The position numbers were made by a program, and so were the translations under genes. A model generated the notes under the pieces. The model made no database searches and was not told the DNA's origin. It saw only the letters and a list, made by a program, of their open reading frames with translations. Positions 61,801 through 64,000 of a DNA stretch of 64,000 nt are shown here, piece by piece. Location: positions 7,075,519-7,139,518 of the forward strand of contig CM082580.2 of assembly GCA_040954595.2 (NCBI GenBank), written 5' to 3'. Origin of the DNA: Balanoglossus misakiensis (taxonomy: Eukaryota; Animalia; Hemichordata). Position 1 is the stretch's first letter, and every line of letters starts with the position of its first letter.

Positions 61801-64000
61801 TGGGACAGAAAGACGTATATGGGATCGGAATTGTACGGCAAAACACTGGCTATCGTCGGACTTGGAAGGATCGGCAGGGAAGTGGCCCTCAGGATGCAGT
61901 CTTTTGGAATGACGGTAAGGGAATTTCATCCGAACAGTTTGCCATGTTTCTTACGTCTGAATGTTTGGTTTCAACACAATTAACACTTTACACATATTGC
62001 CCTCTTGACATCTGCAGACACATTTCCAATTGTCATTAATTAAAGAAACATCAGTTTAACAATACTGTACATCATGTGAATCTTAGAATTATGCTCAGTA
62101 ATAAAATTTGCCTTTGTACATTGAAAACTATATTGTTTTATGTATATATGAAATAATTGAATATTGCTTCACAAAAGTGGCTTTCTTCGGAGAGAAATAA
62201 ATTACCTGCTGCATCGTGTACGTACATACTAGTCGTGGAATAAGTTTTAAGTACTGGAAGCACATTTTGTATTTTTTTCCCTCAGACAATAGGGTTTGAT
62301 CCCCTTGTACCGGCTGAAGTATCGGCATCTTTTAACACAGAGTGGCTCGAACTGAAGGATATATGGCCCAGGGCAGATTACATCACACTACACACGCCAC
62401 TCATTCCACAAACTAAAGGTAAGTTATGCGTTATTAGAGTCGCATTTCGAAAATAGTTAGTAAATCCTGCCCCATATGTTGTAACCACCATATATTAATC
62501 TCTAACCCTTTCACGCTCTTAAGAGGTCCAACCTTACCATAGAAAACAATGGGTTTGGACTGAGCCATGGTGGTGAAAGGGCTTAACTGGGAAGCAGTCA
62601 CTATCTCATCTAAAGAAATTTATTAAATGGCCACTGTTTGCTGCATTCAGAGAGTATCAGTCGTACTGAGCATTGCCGCCCATTTCTTTTGCAGGTCTTC
62701 TTAATGACGACACTTTCAACCAATGCAAGAAGGGTGTGCGAGTTCTCAACATCGCCCGTGGTGGCATTATTGATGAAGAGGCCCTTGTACGAGCTCTGAA
62801 TTCAGGACAGTGTGCTGGTGCAGCGTTGGATGTGTTTGTAGAGGTAGGTTACGCTTTGAACAATTCAGGATCTTATTTATAGAACATTTCTGAAATTGTC
62901 ACCAAGGCTCCTTTTCATCTTGCCGAGAAAATTCAGTGTACCTGTAGTATTTATTGATAGCGGTGTTGTACCCACACAGAAATTGAAACGTGGAAGTCAT
63001 TCTGTAATGAGCTGTGAATCGAAATGTAATAGAATTACCAGCTCATTTGTTTATAGATTGCATTCAGCTTTGATTTGCATCAAGACCAGCTGGTCCACAT
63101 CGGCATCCCATCACAGGAAAAGTGACTTAAAAAAAATTATTCAATCAGAAAGAATGCGGAGTTAGTTTTCAAAAAATAAACCACGCATATGTCGTCTGCA
63201 AATTGGATGGTTGGTGTAGTTCATGACCAAAAAACAGTTGCCTGCATTTTGTATGATGAAAATTAGACACTTCCATGATTTGCAAAGTAAAATAGACATA
63301 TTAGCAGTTTTTTGCGTTTTACGTGGGCATCTTTGTGCATGAAATTGTAATTCTACTGGGATGCTGCTTTGTGAAACCGTGACGATCTATCTCATTCACA
63401 GCCCATTAAACACTTCATGTTATTTCTAATGCGCCTATAAAATAACGCATCCCTCCACACTAAATGGCATATACATTACAAGCAGTTCCATTCGTTGCAT
63501 TTCAATGCCAGTGATGTTGTATCCACTGTATTTCATGAATGGGGTAATATAACTGTTACAATGAATCAATATTTTGCCAGAGTTATATTAGGTAGGATTT
63601 ATATTGGTTTTTATTTTCAACAATTGACTCTGTGTGTTTCATCATCTTTGAGAATGCAAAATTAATTTGTATTTTTCATTTTACATGTATACAGTTCCAA
63701 ATTTTAGCAGCTAAGTGCATTGAAAGATAATTTGAGAGGCATTGACAAATTTAAACAAAAATATTTTCTTGAAATCGAAACCAGTGGCCTCAGACATATA
63801 TTACATGTACATGTACATAATTTTTCTAAAGATTTCCCTTTTGACTTAAATTCGGTATTGCATATTTCATTCCTTTACAGGAACCGCCCACAAACAGAGA
63901 CCTTGTTGATCACCCGCACCTGGTTGCCACGCCGCATTTGGGGGCCAGCACCACAGAAGCGCAGAAACGAGTCGCCGAAGAAATCGCCGAACAGTTCGTT
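58831..64000 (+). CDS. PHGDH: D-3-phosphoglycerate dehydrogenase, 5' part (runs off the window)
   Basis: Exons 58831-58965, 60235-60386, 61483-61548, 61761-61914, 62286-62418, 62695-62843, 63881->64000. Sequence [15 protein letters not shown]..., [78 protein letters not shown]. Confidence 0.97.
59196..59204 (+). promoter_or_regulatory. C/EBP-ATF response element (CARE/AARE) TGATGCAAT in PHGDH intron 1
   Basis: Exact match to the ATF4 consensus TGATGCAAT about 230 bp into intron 1 of a gene that is an established ATF4 target in mammals. Confidence 0.5.
62503..62586. mobile_element. Short piggyBac-like (TTAA-CCC...GGG-TTAA) MITE
   Basis: TAACCCTTTCAC...GTGAAAGGGCTTAA; its reverse complement aligns with the copies at 36453 and 41431. 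Confidence 0.6.

Noticed and set aside
1-64000. CRISPR arrays, operons, tRNA/rRNA genes, autonomous transposase or RT ORFs
   Set aside because: None seen; the window is intron-rich animal DNA, and the remaining short ORFs in the track are intronic or intergenic noise.

Overview
This is eukaryotic (animal) genomic DNA with spliceosomal introns, most likely from a marine invertebrate deuterostome such as a hemichordate or echinoderm (inferred from gene content, intron density and MITE families). Exon chains were assembled by hand, and every complete model keeps frame across its junctions. Gene order: 3' end of an SLC23 nucleobase/ascorbate transporter (+); PMS1 (-, 16 exons); ORMDL (+); two tandem PHOSPHO1/2-family HAD phosphatases (-); CFAP210/CCDC173 (+); PGAP3 (-), whose ~13 kb third coding intron holds two intronless rhodopsin-class GPCRs on the opposite strand; AVL9 (+, 14 exons); and the 5' part of PHGDH (+). 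Three gene pairs lie head-to-head (PMS1/ORMDL, PHOSPHO/CFAP210, PGAP3/AVL9), and the first two match arrangements known in human. Also seen: two probable GC-AG introns, a uORF cassette in front of PGAP3, an ATF4-type element in PHGDH intron 1, an AP-1 site cluster upstream of the second nested GPCR, sharp contrasts in GC3/CpG content between genes, and several MITE families (Harbinger-, Kolobok-, piggyBac- and Tc1/pogo-like). No prokaryotic-type system (CRISPR etc.) is present. I cannot claim a truly new system. The best candidates for novelty are the nested orphan GPCR pair with very short extracellular loops and a possible serine/sphingolipid/ethanolamine gene neighbourhood.
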